DNA from: a virus
Lineage: Duplodnaviria; Caudoviricetes
Direction: 5' to 3' (one strand)
Virus record (IMG/VR): IMGVR_UViG_3300027977_001210
Location: 1 to 56,596 of that record
DNA: 56,596 nucleotides
The stretch's first letter is position 1. Every line of letters begins with the position of its first letter. Under the pieces are notes generated by a model, which was given only the letters and a program-made list of their open reading frames with translations, made no database searches and was not told the DNA's origin. The position numbers and the translations under genes were made by a program. This document shows positions 10,335-19,512 of the stretch, one piece after another.

Positions 10335-11118
10335 CTACAAACTTATCTTGGATTACACAGGGATTTGGATCACCGTGAAACACAGCTACTGAACATGCTG
10401 GATCCAAGATAACATCATGGCGCACTGTGGCAAATGTGCGTTTACCATTGTTCATGGTAAGTTCACCACGATTTCGTATTTCCCATTTATAACTCATGAT
10501 CCATTCTTTGGGCCAAAATTTGATAGAACTCTGACACAGTTTCCAAATCCAATCTTGATCTCCCTGCAGTCGCTGGGCGTCTCTGGGATTGAGTTGGAAC
10601 TGAGTCCATATATGACTCTGCGTGCCGTGGTCCCAAGCCATCACAGAGCTATTGAGATATCGCCAAGATGCGTAAAATTTTCTATTGAAATCATGTATGC
10701 CCATAAACTGCCCTGGCATGTAGACTGCGAGTTTGTCTATGTTGGCATGGATAACCACATCCAGATCAAAATATAACACCCGGCCTCTCAGTGGTAGATT
10801 GGGATCAAACATATGAACTTTGTGCCACCAACCTCTGGGATAATTGGCATTGGGTTGCACAATACTGCGAACACCTTCTATAGGATGTTGATCATCTGTA
10901 AGACACACCAGTTCATAAGGCACTGTGATATGCCTTGAGATCATGTTGCGTAATCTTTCTACATATTCACGGCCATACTTGTTGCCAAATCTCACACATA
11001 GAATAGTGATTTTGGTATTGGGATCGAGATTGGCAACTATAGCTGCATATTGATGTGCAGCTTTGGCAGCTTTGGCTTCTCGTTTGATTCTTTTACGTTC
11101 TTCTTTTGACAATTCCAT
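10318..11118 (-). CDS. Glycosyltransferase (GT-A fold, GT8-like)
   Basis: YFDLDVVI DxD motif, NSSVM, GDQDWI, FHGDPNP. Confidence 0.75.
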   Translation of the reverse strand: MELSKEERKRIKREAKAAKAAHQYAAIVANLDPNTKITILCVRFGNKYGREYVERLRNMISRHITVPYELVCLTDDQHPIEGVRSIVQPNANYPRGWWHKVHMFDPNLPLRGRVLYFDLDVVIHANIDKLAVYMPGQFMGIHDFNRKFYASWRYLNSSVMAWDHGTQSHIWTQFQLNPRDAQRLQGDQDWIWKLCQSSIKFWPKEWIMSYKWEIRNRGELTMNNGKRTFATVRHDVILDPACSVAVFHGDPNPCVIQDKFVVDNWQ

Positions 11119-11923
11119 CTATAGCAACCAAGTCTTCTAATAGCTGTTTCAACTGATTCAATGGAATCATATTGGGTCCATCTGACGGAGCTGTATCGGG
11201 ATCTTCGTGTGTTTCTACGAACACTGCTGCGATGCAACCTGTGGCTACAGCAGCTCTCGCCAGGTACGGGACCATGGTCCTATCTCCTCCTGATCGTTGG
11301 CCCAGCCCTCCAGGCTGCTGAACACTATGAGTGGCATCAAAGACCACTGGATAGCCGGTGCCAGCCATAATGGGTAAGCTACGCATATCCACAACAAGAT
11401 TATTATATCCATGAGTATATCCTCTTTCACACAACATGATACGTTCGTTGCCAGTTGATGCTATTTTCTCAGCCACATTTCGCATGTCCTGCGGAGCAAG
11501 AAACTGACCTTTTTTAACATTGATAGCACAACCGGTAGCACCTGCTGCTAATAATAGATCAGTTTGTCTACAGAGAAATGCAGGTATTTGTATGACATCT
11601 ATGCCTGCATCTGCTACTAGCTGTGCCTGATAAGTTTCGTGTATGTCAGTTAATATGGGAATACCAAATTCATGTTTGATGCTGTTGAGGATTTTCAGTC
11701 CCTCGTCAATCCCAATTCCACGCTGTGTACCTAGACTAGATCTATTGGCTTTGTCAAAACTGCTTTTATAGATCAAGTCAATATCTAGATCATCACAGAT
11801 TTCTTTGATGGCACCTGCAGTTTGCTCTGCGTGTGTTTGACTTTCGATCTGGCAAGGGCCAGCGATTAAGAATATTTTGTTTTCGTTGCTGGCAACGATT
11901 CGGTTAATGGCAAATGTATGCAT
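11093..11923 (-). CDS. kdsA: KDO 8-phosphate synthase (start more likely 11923 than 11938)
   Basis: LIAGPCQIES, YKSSFDKANRSS, QIPAFLCRQTDLL, KKGQF, DATHSVQQPG, ETHEDPDTAPSDG. Confidence 0.96.
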   Translation of the reverse strand: MHTFAINRIVASNENKIFLIAGPCQIESQTHAEQTAGAIKEICDDLDIDLIYKSSFDKANRSSLGTQRGIGIDEGLKILNSIKHEFGIPILTDIHETYQAQLVADAGIDVIQIPAFLCRQTDLLLAAGATGCAINVKKGQFLAPQDMRNVAEKIASTGNERIMLCERGYTHGYNNLVVDMRSLPIMAGTGYPVVFDATHSVQQPGGLGQRSGGDRTMVPYLARAAVATGCIAAVFVETHEDPDTAPSDGPNMIPLNQLKQLLEDLVAIDGIVKRRT

Positions 11924-11931
11924 AAAACTAT

Positions 11932-12090
11932 TTACCAATGTTTTATCACCCCAGCTATAATAAATGTATTGGTTATAAAATATCCCACCACTATTAGGGT
12001 GCGGATCAAGGCCACTCGATCAGCTTCCTGATCGGTAGCACCTGATTTTTCACCTAGGGCTTTGGCCCATAACCGCCAAAGTCGTTTCAT
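11932..12090 (-). CDS. 52-aa membrane protein (below ORF-track cutoff)
   Basis: MKRLWRLWAKALGEKSGATDQEADRVALIRTLIVVGYFITNTFIIAGVIKHW; ATG overlaps the queD stop; one hydrophobic segment. Confidence 0.75.
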   Translation of the reverse strand: MKRLWRLWAKALGEKSGATDQEADRVALIRTLIVVGYFITNTFIIAGVIKHW

Positions 12091-12614
12091 TAGCCTTCAT
12101 AAGTTGCCGAGTTACCAGCATGTTCGAATACTTCTACGGAACGAAGTCGAACACCTAGCCCAACTGGATACCGTGCTTCAAAAATATGCCCACCTGGATG
12201 TGTCCACCCACGTCCTTCCTGATAAGCTTCTAGTATTTCGTTCATTGTGCGATATGCTAGTTCAGCAAATTTTTCACAGCCCACAGCTTCTACAACACGT
12301 AGATCTACTATACCACCGTCGGCCTGTTTGCCCAGCTCAGCCATTTGCTTGAAAAGATTTAAATGGGGATCGTCTGATCCCACACATAGCGTATGGTCAA
12401 ACTGCCATTCACTCCATTCTTTAAATGCTTTGAGTCCGCCAAAGTCCATGACCCAGTTACGGTCATCTAAGGTTTCAGATTCAAAGATCAGTTTGATGCC
12501 AATGGAATAACCATGTAGCAGTGAACAATGACTATGAGTTGATCGCCATTGTCTAAAACAGCATGACAGACCTCTGTCGTTGCCGTAGGTTTTTGTTGAA
12601 AGATATTTCGCCAT
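12090..12614 (-). CDS. queD: 6-carboxytetrahydropterin synthase / PTPS family (T-fold)
   Basis: HCSLLHGY, WVMDFGGLK, FDH, CEKFAE, VEVFE; start 12614 has AGGAGG Shine-Dalgarno at 12621-12626. Confidence 0.85.
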   Translation of the reverse strand: MAKYLSTKTYGNDRGLSCCFRQWRSTHSHCSLLHGYSIGIKLIFESETLDDRNWVMDFGGLKAFKEWSEWQFDHTLCVGSDDPHLNLFKQMAELGKQADGGIVDLRVVEAVGCEKFAELAYRTMNEILEAYQEGRGWTHPGGHIFEARYPVGLGVRLRSVEVFEHAGNSATYEG

Positions 12615-12710
12615 CTCTTGCCTCCTGTGCATAAAGCGAGTAAGTTTGACGACATGCAGAGTTTATAAAGCGGGATGAATGACGTAAAAGTCCGCTGTGC
12701 CTGTGTGTAT
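12615..12710 (-). promoter_or_regulatory. Structured 5' leader of queD (candidate cis-regulatory RNA)
   Basis: About 95-nt non-coding leader with AGCGG/CCGCT stem, TTATAAACT tail and TGCATG/TATGCA stem next to the Shine-Dalgarno. Confidence 0.4.
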
Positions 12711-12715
12711 GATTT

Positions 12716-12744
12716 ATTATACTATCAACGTATTTATAAAGCAA
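12716..12744 (-). promoter_or_regulatory. Nested sigma70 and T4-late promoters upstream of queD
   Basis: TTGCTT-17 nt-TATAAT; the spacer contains a full TATAAATA (12731-12738). Confidence 0.65.
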
Positions 12745-13327
12745 CAAATTCCACATTATTTTTCTGCCATTCTGTAGGCATCTTCCAATCTCTGTGATTT
12801 CTTATTATGAATTTTTGATCGGGATAATACATGAACACATGATTGATTTGATAGATCCAATAACTATAATCTATGGCCTGCGACCCAGCCTGTGCATAAT
12901 TTTTTGTGCCTTTGTAGATATTATTCACAGCAGAGCTAATAGGATATAGATCAAAACCAATAAGTTCTATCTCTGTGAATTCTAACTGGGCCGCCAACAG
13001 CACAGCATATCCTCCACTGCCCCAATGATCGGGATCGTCCTTTTTGTGCTCTCCTTTATAGGGCAGGTCAGGCAAGACTTTTATGTTTTTGTGTTTACGT
13101 ATTTTTCTAAAGTAATGAAACCATGAAGGTCTCACATAGATCAACGTGTTTTTGGTCTGAAAATTTTCTACAGCTTCATCACCCATTCGCCTATCGCAGC
13201 AGACTAAATGATCAACAGTGATATCTCTGTGAATTGCGTTGCAGCCAATCACGGTGTCTGCGATTAATGAGCTTAGGACTATGGCTCTACGGCTTTCGCC
13301 GTTGCCGAGTACCACAGCCCGAGACAT
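12734..13327 (-). CDS. Putative sugar-transferase-like protein (MAF/DUF115/sialyltransferase-like)
   Basis: VLGNGES, GCNAI, DHLVCCD, SGGYAVLLA, LIGFD pattern. Confidence 0.5.
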   Translation of the reverse strand: MSRAVVLGNGESRRAIVLSSLIADTVIGCNAIHRDITVDHLVCCDRRMGDEAVENFQTKNTLIYVRPSWFHYFRKIRKHKNIKVLPDLPYKGEHKKDDPDHWGSGGYAVLLAAQLEFTEIELIGFDLYPISSAVNNIYKGTKNYAQAGSQAIDYSYWIYQINHVFMYYPDQKFIIRNHRDWKMPTEWQKNNVEFVAL

Positions 13328-14160
13328 TACTCAATTCTTCCGAATCCGTTCCAAAGACCAGGACTGCCTTCAACCACGCATACCCAACCTACAAATCTGC
13401 CAGCGGCTGGTTGGTTATTCCAGACAATATCTCCAACAGTATAATGACCAGAAGTTGGAAAATTATTATCGCTGAGATGTATTTTGTTATTAAATTTAAT
13501 TGAACCATTTACATGTAATGCAGCTCGTGGATCGGGATTGTTAACATTGATTCCTAATGTTCCTAGTATTGTTACTTTATTAACAGTGCTGCCTAGGGTA
13601 ATATTACCACCAGCTTCAATAGAAATCCTTGGAGTGTTATCAGTTACGATATCTAGATTATGACTGGCAAATGTACCAATAAATCCCTTTACACCATTCG
13701 TTGTGCCTAGGATTATTTCCACTCCGTCCTCAGCAATACTGAGAGCAGCATTGGGATTTTCGATACCAATACCTAACCTATTGGTATTACTATCATAAAC
13801 TATGTATTGGTCAATTCTCATACTGCCATCTACTATCAATCCTTTGAGGTGACCAACTTCACGTAAATTGCTTTTGGTAACAGTAGCACCCAGTTCTTTT
13901 TCGTCCAGCAGTTTTATATTATTAACTGATATGTGTTTGCCTTTGGCCAAATCAATGTTTTCAGATATAAAGAACCTATCCGGTTTGGAAGCAAATAAGA
14001 ATTGTTTATTATGTCCTTGACCTGACCAAAGGATTCCCTTGCCATCAATATCACCTTTTATGATGATAAATGGCACTTCAGCTACATTGACATCTTGGCC
14101 AGATTCTAACACTTCTTTAAATGAAGCTAAAAGGGTATCTATAGACTGTTGAGTAGGCAT
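13327..14160 (-). CDS. Virion fibre/spike-like protein
   Basis: LGIGIENPNAALSI and LGINVNNPDPRAALHV repeats; C-terminal GDIVWN...GWVC motif seen in tail spikes; TAAATA at 14216-14221. Confidence 0.6.
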   Translation of the reverse strand: MPTQQSIDTLLASFKEVLESGQDVNVAEVPFIIIKGDIDGKGILWSGQGHNKQFLFASKPDRFFISENIDLAKGKHISVNNIKLLDEKELGATVTKSNLREVGHLKGLIVDGSMRIDQYIVYDSNTNRLGIGIENPNAALSIAEDGVEIILGTTNGVKGFIGTFASHNLDIVTDNTPRISIEAGGNITLGSTVNKVTILGTLGINVNNPDPRAALHVNGSIKFNNKIHLSDNNFPTSGHYTVGDIVWNNQPAAGRFVGWVCVVEGSPGLWNGFGRIE

Positions 14161-14227
14161 TTACGGGTTTCCATTTTTTCACAATCAAAATACTACAAGA
14201 TTGCATATCGTATTGTATTTATCATTC

Positions 14228-14257
14228 AAAAAAAAAACAGGCCGAAGCCTGCTTTTT
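14228..14257 (-). terminator. Intrinsic terminator with UUCG tetraloop
   Basis: Minus strand CAGGC-TTCG-GCCTG followed by T10; T-run also on the plus side. Confidence 0.9.
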
Positions 14258-14274
14258 ACTGAGAATTTACTTTG

Positions 14275-15450
14275 TTATTGTACTCGTAACAACACAATAT
14301 CCTCGTTGAACCTGCCGTTGAGTTTGATATCTACGGCTTTGATATCGTCTAAGAACTTGCGTAGCTGCACTTTGCCTGCAGCCTTGAACTCTTTGAGCTG
14401 TTCTTCCGGCTTGCGCAGAGTTTTCTGCACACTTTTTATTGGATCAAATCCAATAACTGTGGTGCCTTTGACTCCAAGATCGTTGAATTCAGCAGCCACA
14501 TACTTGCCCAATTTACGTGACTTGACATTGTAGATCCACAGTTCCTTGACTCCGATGATATCTTGTGGGTTGATAGACACCAATTTAAGTTTTTCGTCCT
14601 GCTTGAGATACTTCATCTTGGCCACAACTTTGGCCTTGTCGGTGGGCTTCTTGGCACGAGGCTTTTTATTCACCTTGGCTTCTTGTGCCAGCATATCGCA
14701 GGCTGCAAGGATTTCGCTGTAGAACAGCGTGATCTTTTTTAGGTCGGCCTTGCTCAAATGACTGTAGCCCTCTTTCAACTGTTCGTCTTTGGTAGTGGCT
14801 GCTTCTACCAATTCGTCGTAGGTTCGACTGTATAGTGTTTTGATAATGCGAGCGTGAGCAGCCTTGGCCTGACGACCACGTAGTAGATTTAGAAGTTTAA
14901 ACGCTCTCGGATCAAAAGATTCTGGATCTGTTTGAAACGATTCAATGGCATCTTCAATTTCCTCAGTCATTCCGTATGCAACATCACGCAGTCGTTCTTG
15001 AATGCTAGGAGTATACACTGCGGATTTGATTTCTACTGCACCTTCTTCAAGTTCAACCTCGTCGTGTTTGCCCTCGTCAATGATCTTAGCAATACTCTTG
15101 CTTAACCATTCTGCAGTGTTACGGCCTTCATTGAAGTCTGCTCTCACTGCAGGCATGCCTCTAAGTAGATTGGCAGCAATGGCACCTACAGTTGCGCCGC
15201 AACGATTGTCTTTGGTATCTTTGAATGCTTTGATAACATCTTTTGGATAGCCTTGATCGCTCATCCAATTAATAACTTTGGGTTTGAGTTCTTTGGCGCT
15301 GGCTTCCAAACGATAATAACTCATGGCCATCCGGAAGTGTCGACTAAATTGATCAGCAGTAAACGTTTCGTGATCGTCCCATTTTGGACTTAGATCACGT
15401 CCTTTGTTTTGGCGAATAGCGATGCTGGCTTTTTTCAGTTTGGTTACCAT
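14275..15450 (-). CDS. Hypothetical phage protein (391 aa), early
   Basis: Long ORF, AGGAG Shine-Dalgarno, own promoter and terminator. Confidence 0.85.
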   Translation of the reverse strand: MVTKLKKASIAIRQNKGRDLSPKWDDHETFTADQFSRHFRMAMSYYRLEASAKELKPKVINWMSDQGYPKDVIKAFKDTKDNRCGATVGAIAANLLRGMPAVRADFNEGRNTAEWLSKSIAKIIDEGKHDEVELEEGAVEIKSAVYTPSIQERLRDVAYGMTEEIEDAIESFQTDPESFDPRAFKLLNLLRGRQAKAAHARIIKTLYSRTYDELVEAATTKDEQLKEGYSHLSKADLKKITLFYSEILAACDMLAQEAKVNKKPRAKKPTDKAKVVAKMKYLKQDEKLKLVSINPQDIIGVKELWIYNVKSRKLGKYVAAEFNDLGVKGTTVIGFDPIKSVQKTLRKPEEQLKEFKAAGKVQLRKFLDDIKAVDIKLNGRFNEDIVLLRVQ

Positions 15451-15481
15451 TTAGTCACTCCTGTTGTTAAACAATACATAT

Positions 15482-15510
15482 ATTATAGCACCAAACTGTG
15501 CATTTGTCAA
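15482..15510 (-). promoter_or_regulatory. Consensus sigma70 early promoter
   Basis: TTGACA-17 nt-TATAAT with TG extension. Confidence 0.9.
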
Positions 15511-15701
15511 CCATGTCCAAACCGCTTGATTTCATGCAGGTCGCCATTTTCATCTTCTTGGTACACAATGGCTTCTATAACGCCCAATCCAAGATTGGCT
15601 TCTGCTATTTCTAACGCTTCTTTCCTACTGCTGGTGGTTTCTACCAATTCTTCGTGACCAGCTTCATCCACTGCCCAAACTTCGTATAGTTCAAAGTTCA
15701 T
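15507..15701 (-). CDS. Small acidic hypothetical protein
   Basis: AGGAG upstream; co-oriented with neighbours. Confidence 0.7.
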   Translation of the reverse strand: MNFELYEVWAVDEAGHEELVETTSSRKEALEIAEANLGLGVIEAIVYQEDENGDLHEIKRFGHG

Positions 15702-15719
15702 GATACTAACACAATCTCC

Positions 15720-16271
15720 TTAAGTAAATTTTTCCCAATCTCCACCAGGCACTATGGCCCAGCCAAGCTGTTGGAGATCATTCCGGATCTCGTCGGTGAT
15801 GCAACCTTCTGGTACATATCCTTTAACATTATCAGGATCGCCGTTGCCCAATCCTTCGCCAATACCTGAGCAGTACCAATCTATATAGTCACCCTTAGCC
15901 TGCATGTCAGCTACAATACCGCCAGCACTTCTCCATGAGGCATGCCAGAAATCTCTGTCCGGGTCTTGTCTAAGAATAGGAACAACTTCTAATTTGATAA
16001 AGTCATTGTTGCATATGGCTGCATAGAGATTTTGAGCATAACCATCACTGGCCTTGGCCTTGTCACAGATCCATGCGGTACTGCGAAGATCATATTGCAT
16101 GTTGTTCTTTTGCCAAGCAGGATCTACAAGATTAGCTTCATCTTGCTGTTTCCAGGTTTTGTACATTTCAATATATTCTTCAAGAGGTTCTAACCCCTGC
16201 TCTTGTCGGCGCTTGATATATCCTTCCTTTTGAAAGGTGTGCCGTTCAGGACTGCTTGAAATTTTTGACAT
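15720..16271 (-). CDS. Hypothetical phage protein
   Basis: Operon-like packing; WRSAGGIVA...YIDWYCSG motif. Confidence 0.75.
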   Translation of the reverse strand: MSKISSSPERHTFQKEGYIKRRQEQGLEPLEEYIEMYKTWKQQDEANLVDPAWQKNNMQYDLRSTAWICDKAKASDGYAQNLYAAICNNDFIKLEVVPILRQDPDRDFWHASWRSAGGIVADMQAKGDYIDWYCSGIGEGLGNGDPDNVKGYVPEGCITDEIRNDLQQLGWAIVPGGDWEKFT

Positions 16272-16611
16272 CTTGTATTGCTTTCTTTAGTATTTCTGCA
16301 TAGTTCAAAGCCTGTTGTTCAGTCATAATGATATTGGCTTCATGCTCGACATAGCCTTTTGTAAGCAGAATCCAAATGGTCTGCCAACGATTTAGACTCC
16401 ACCATTTGGATTTTTGTGTGGTATAGGTAGTGACAGTCACACGATGGTCATCTGCTTCGACCCAAACATTGTGATCGTGATCGGCGTCGTGACATTCACA
16501 GACCACCTGATAGGTGATAGCATTTCCCCAACTGTGGCGTTTAAGTACGCCTTCTGCAGGAGTCTGTGGTTCAGGTCCCGTCGAAGGTTTTGACTTCATT
16601 TCTTCTTTCAT
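16246..16611 (-). CDS. Hypothetical protein
   Basis: Co-oriented overlapping ORF; CECHDADH possible metal site. Confidence 0.7.
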   Translation of the reverse strand: MKEEMKSKPSTGPEPQTPAEGVLKRHSWGNAITYQVVCECHDADHDHNVWVEADDHRVTVTTYTTQKSKWWSLNRWQTIWILLTKGYVEHEANIIMTEQQALNYAEILKKAIQDVKNFKQS

Positions 16612-16819
16612 ATATGCTTTTTACCATGCGTTGATAATCTTCTTCTGGTAACACAGTTCTATACATGCTGAGGGCCTGTGTGACCATGATACCGGCTATT
16701 TCTATATCTTTATAGTCTTCCAACATCACAGCAGTAAACTGTAGATACTTGGCATATAAATCTTCAATACAGTGTGGGTTGTTATCTGATATGCTCATAT
16801 CATGTCCAAAGGCTGTCAC
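16571..16819 (-). CDS. Hypothetical protein
   Basis: Co-oriented ORF filling the gap. Confidence 0.65.
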   Translation of the reverse strand: MTAFGHDMSISDNNPHCIEDLYAKYLQFTAVMLEDYKDIEIAGIMVTQALSMYRTVLPEEDYQRMVKSIYERRNEVKTFDGT

Positions 16820-17639
16820 GAGCTTTGATTAGTCGGATCATCATGGCTTCATCTTCTTTTTCGTAGTCTGCTTCGATTTTTTGTAACAGCTTGTGAGCCT
16901 TGTCGTTGGCCTTTTTAAGCACAGGATCTTTAGGAGAGTTAAAACTCAACTTACCACCACTGGCTTCTCGTTGTGCCTCACAGACCGCGGTCCACCCACT
17001 GGCTTCATATGGGTCAGGACGAGCACGATAGGTCACAGTCCACCATATATAAAGCTCTTTGATTTCTCGGGCACGAAGAGCCTGTCCAGTAGGTTTGCCA
17101 TACTCGGGATGATCAGGTTCGCACCAGTCAGTGTTAGTCAGAGTCATTGCCCAATCTAGATGGTCTAGTCCTGCTTGTGGGCAACGCCATACCCGCCAAC
17201 GCCACCAACCACTAGCCCAGAATGGGGGATTGTATTTGGCACGGTCTTCTTCGCTGCCCCAAGCAATGTGACTCCAAGCTGATTCTATCTCAACAAAATC
17301 AACCAACTCATTGAATAGGCAAGGCAGAAAGCGGTTCCCCACGTCCTGCCACCGGCCAGGCTTAATATCCCGGGCATGAGCGGTAAGGCTATGAGTGCGA
17401 CTAACCCAACGGTTGTTAATGTAGTACTTGATATCATGTAGTTTCCTTACAGGCCAGGTGACAAAATCTTGGATGTGTCCAAGTGCTTCTTCCGCTAGCC
17501 AATATCGGAAGTTGTGTTTCATTTGAGCAGCGGTATTCCATTCATCCCATTGTTCAGCAGTACCCGCACTCAATTTTTTGGTGCCGCGAAGCCAATCTGC
17601 AAAAGGTGTACATGACCAGTAGTTTGTATGATGTGCCAT
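16800..17639 (-). CDS. Trp-rich hypothetical phage protein, early
   Basis: 279-aa ORF directly behind a consensus promoter. Confidence 0.8.
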   Translation of the reverse strand: MAHHTNYWSCTPFADWLRGTKKLSAGTAEQWDEWNTAAQMKHNFRYWLAEEALGHIQDFVTWPVRKLHDIKYYINNRWVSRTHSLTAHARDIKPGRWQDVGNRFLPCLFNELVDFVEIESAWSHIAWGSEEDRAKYNPPFWASGWWRWRVWRCPQAGLDHLDWAMTLTNTDWCEPDHPEYGKPTGQALRAREIKELYIWWTVTYRARPDPYEASGWTAVCEAQREASGGKLSFNSPKDPVLKKANDKAHKLLQKIEADYEKEDEAMMIRLIKARDSLWT

Positions 17640-17669
17640 AATAGTGTATTTTCTCCGTTGAACAACTTA

Positions 17670-17698
17670 ATTATACTATCTTTCTAGAAACCTGTCAA
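17670..17698 (-). promoter_or_regulatory. Consensus sigma70 early promoter
   Basis: TTGACA-17 nt-TATAAT. Confidence 0.9.
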
Positions 17699-17715
17699 TA
17701 TCTATTCAAAATGAA

Positions 17716-18099
17716 TCAAATCTTTCTTTGATAGCCAGCCAAATTGAGCATGATAGAATACTGCTCGTAGGCTTTTTGAACAGCAGTGTTTGACTGCCGA
17801 TGCCAACTTTCTTCGCGTTCCTTTTCCATAAGCATGGCAAACATGTCAGCATCACTGTATCCATGATTATGACGGCCAAAAAATCTCTGTTCCATTTCTA
17901 CAAGAGCACGAAAGCGGCTTTCTGGTATTTGAACTGTGTAGACTTTTTCTGTTTCATATTCTACAAAATCTTTTCTCACTATATCTGCTCGTAATGGATC
18001 TGTAAAATACTTAGGAGGGTGGTATCTGGCCCTACGTTTTTGATCATCTACGATTTGTATTTCGTAGTTTTTGCAAAACTGATCAATTTTTTCTTTCAT
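17716..18099 (-). CDS. Hypothetical protein
   Basis: ATGA overlap with thyX. Confidence 0.75.
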   Translation of the reverse strand: MKEKIDQFCKNYEIQIVDDQKRRARYHPPKYFTDPLRADIVRKDFVEYETEKVYTVQIPESRFRALVEMEQRFFGRHNHGYSDADMFAMLMEKEREESWHRQSNTAVQKAYEQYSIMLNLAGYQRKI

Positions 18100-18761
18100 T
18101 GAACTAGACTTTCACTCATTGGGAATATGGCAGCAATGGCTCGAGCGCAGGCCAAGGCAATCAGTTGATGTTCTTTTTGTGTGCCATTGCCACTGCGAAG
18201 TTCGATAAAATGAATCCAGCTACGTAGTGTACCATTCATATACAACCGACTTTCGATAAGCCCTTCCGGCAGCACAGCTCGAGCCTGCTCCTTGGCTATG
18301 CCATTAGCGATAGCCCACTCGTATTCTCGCTGTGCGGCATAGATGACTCGTTGTTGAGCTCTGTACCATTCGTTTTGTAACATTGTATCATCCGTTGTGA
18401 TACTGTTCTGTCTATTCTTGGTGTCTTGAAGTCTGGCTTCTCTTGTAACGAACGCCAAATCTTTAGTTGGGTCAGCATAGCGTTGACTGAACTCTTGGAA
18501 TGAGAAACTTCTGTGTCGCAGGATTTGACGGGCAATGTCTCTGGTTGTGGTGATTTCAATACAGGCGGAGACCATTTCGAGTGGGCTCCAGTGTTGGTGT
18601 CGGACCAAGTACCGGATGAGTTTTTCTGATGTGTCTGTGTTGAGTTGATTGGAGGGATTGCTGACACGGGCGCAATACGCAATGAGTTCCTGCGCATCTG
18701 AGATGCCCATATCTCGAAATTCGTCTGCGGGTTGACTATATGATAAAAGTTTAACATTCAT
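18096..18761 (-). CDS. thyX: Flavin-dependent thymidylate synthase
   Basis: RHRSFSFQEFSQRY signature, HWSPLE, EQARAVLP, TQKEH. Confidence 0.96.
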   Translation of the reverse strand: MNVKLLSYSQPADEFRDMGISDAQELIAYCARVSNPSNQLNTDTSEKLIRYLVRHQHWSPLEMVSACIEITTTRDIARQILRHRSFSFQEFSQRYADPTKDLAFVTREARLQDTKNRQNSITTDDTMLQNEWYRAQQRVIYAAQREYEWAIANGIAKEQARAVLPEGLIESRLYMNGTLRSWIHFIELRSGNGTQKEHQLIALACARAIAAIFPMSESLVQ

Positions 18762-18767
18762 TTGTAT

Positions 18768-19304
18768 TTACTGCGTAGGCTCTTCAATTGGTTCATCAAA
18801 ACAAAGACTTTCCATGGTCTTGTAATGTTCGTAGGCTTTTTTAAGTGCTTCAAACTTTTCAAGTTTCTTTGGGTCAGGTACAAGTATGGCCAGCCGTTGT
18901 TCCACCTTCTTCATAAACTCTTTTAGACTTTGACCACCAACCGTAATATCAGTACCTGCTGCCATGTCGATACCGGTGGCACTGATATTAACTGTATTAG
19001 GAGTGATAGTGTTGTTAAGTGTATAACCTGTAGTCCATTGACTATTGTTGGTAATATTACCAATAGTAGTGATACCGCCAACAGTTGCACCAGACCCATT
19101 GTAGGTAAAGGTATTGCTACTACTTGGAAAAGTAATGGTATCTGAACTATACATATTACTAGTATCTATGGTGATGGTATCATTGCTGCCACTGTAACTG
19201 ACGTCACCGTAGTCGGGAGGAACGGCACCGTAACCGAAATCCAAGGTTACGGTATCGGTACTGGTAGTTGAGACAGTGTTAGACTTTGGCTTCTTTGCGG
19301 GCAT
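18768..19304 (-). CDS. Hypothetical protein with Thr/Ser-rich N-terminus
   Basis: Co-oriented ORF; helical C-terminus (RLAIL...LKKAYEHY). Confidence 0.7.
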   Translation of the reverse strand: MPAKKPKSNTVSTTSTDTVTLDFGYGAVPPDYGDVSYSGSNDTITIDTSNMYSSDTITFPSSSNTFTYNGSGATVGGITTIGNITNNSQWTTGYTLNNTITPNTVNISATGIDMAAGTDITVGGQSLKEFMKKVEQRLAILVPDPKKLEKFEALKKAYEHYKTMESLCFDEPIEEPTQ

Positions 19305-19470
19305 TTTTTTCTTCTGTGATTTCGTTGCGGCGAGTTTTAACCGCCTTACCTACTTCTTGAAGAGCTTTGCGAGCACGAGTACCTGCGGCGTTGTTACCAG
19401 CTGCGAATTTTGCATCTTCGGTTAAAAATTCTTCCATTGCTGATTTGAGTTGTTCTACTGTTGTTGACAT
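19279..19470 (-). CDS. Histone H1-like Hc1-family small basic protein
   Basis: KFAAGNNAAGTRARKAL motif; AAGGA Shine-Dalgarno. Confidence 0.7.
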   Translation of the reverse strand: MSTTVEQLKSAMEEFLTEDAKFAAGNNAAGTRARKALQEVGKAVKTRRNEITEEKNARKEAKV

Positions 19471-19512
19471 AATGTTTTCCTTAAGTTATGTTAATCTACT
19501 TATCGTAGTAAT

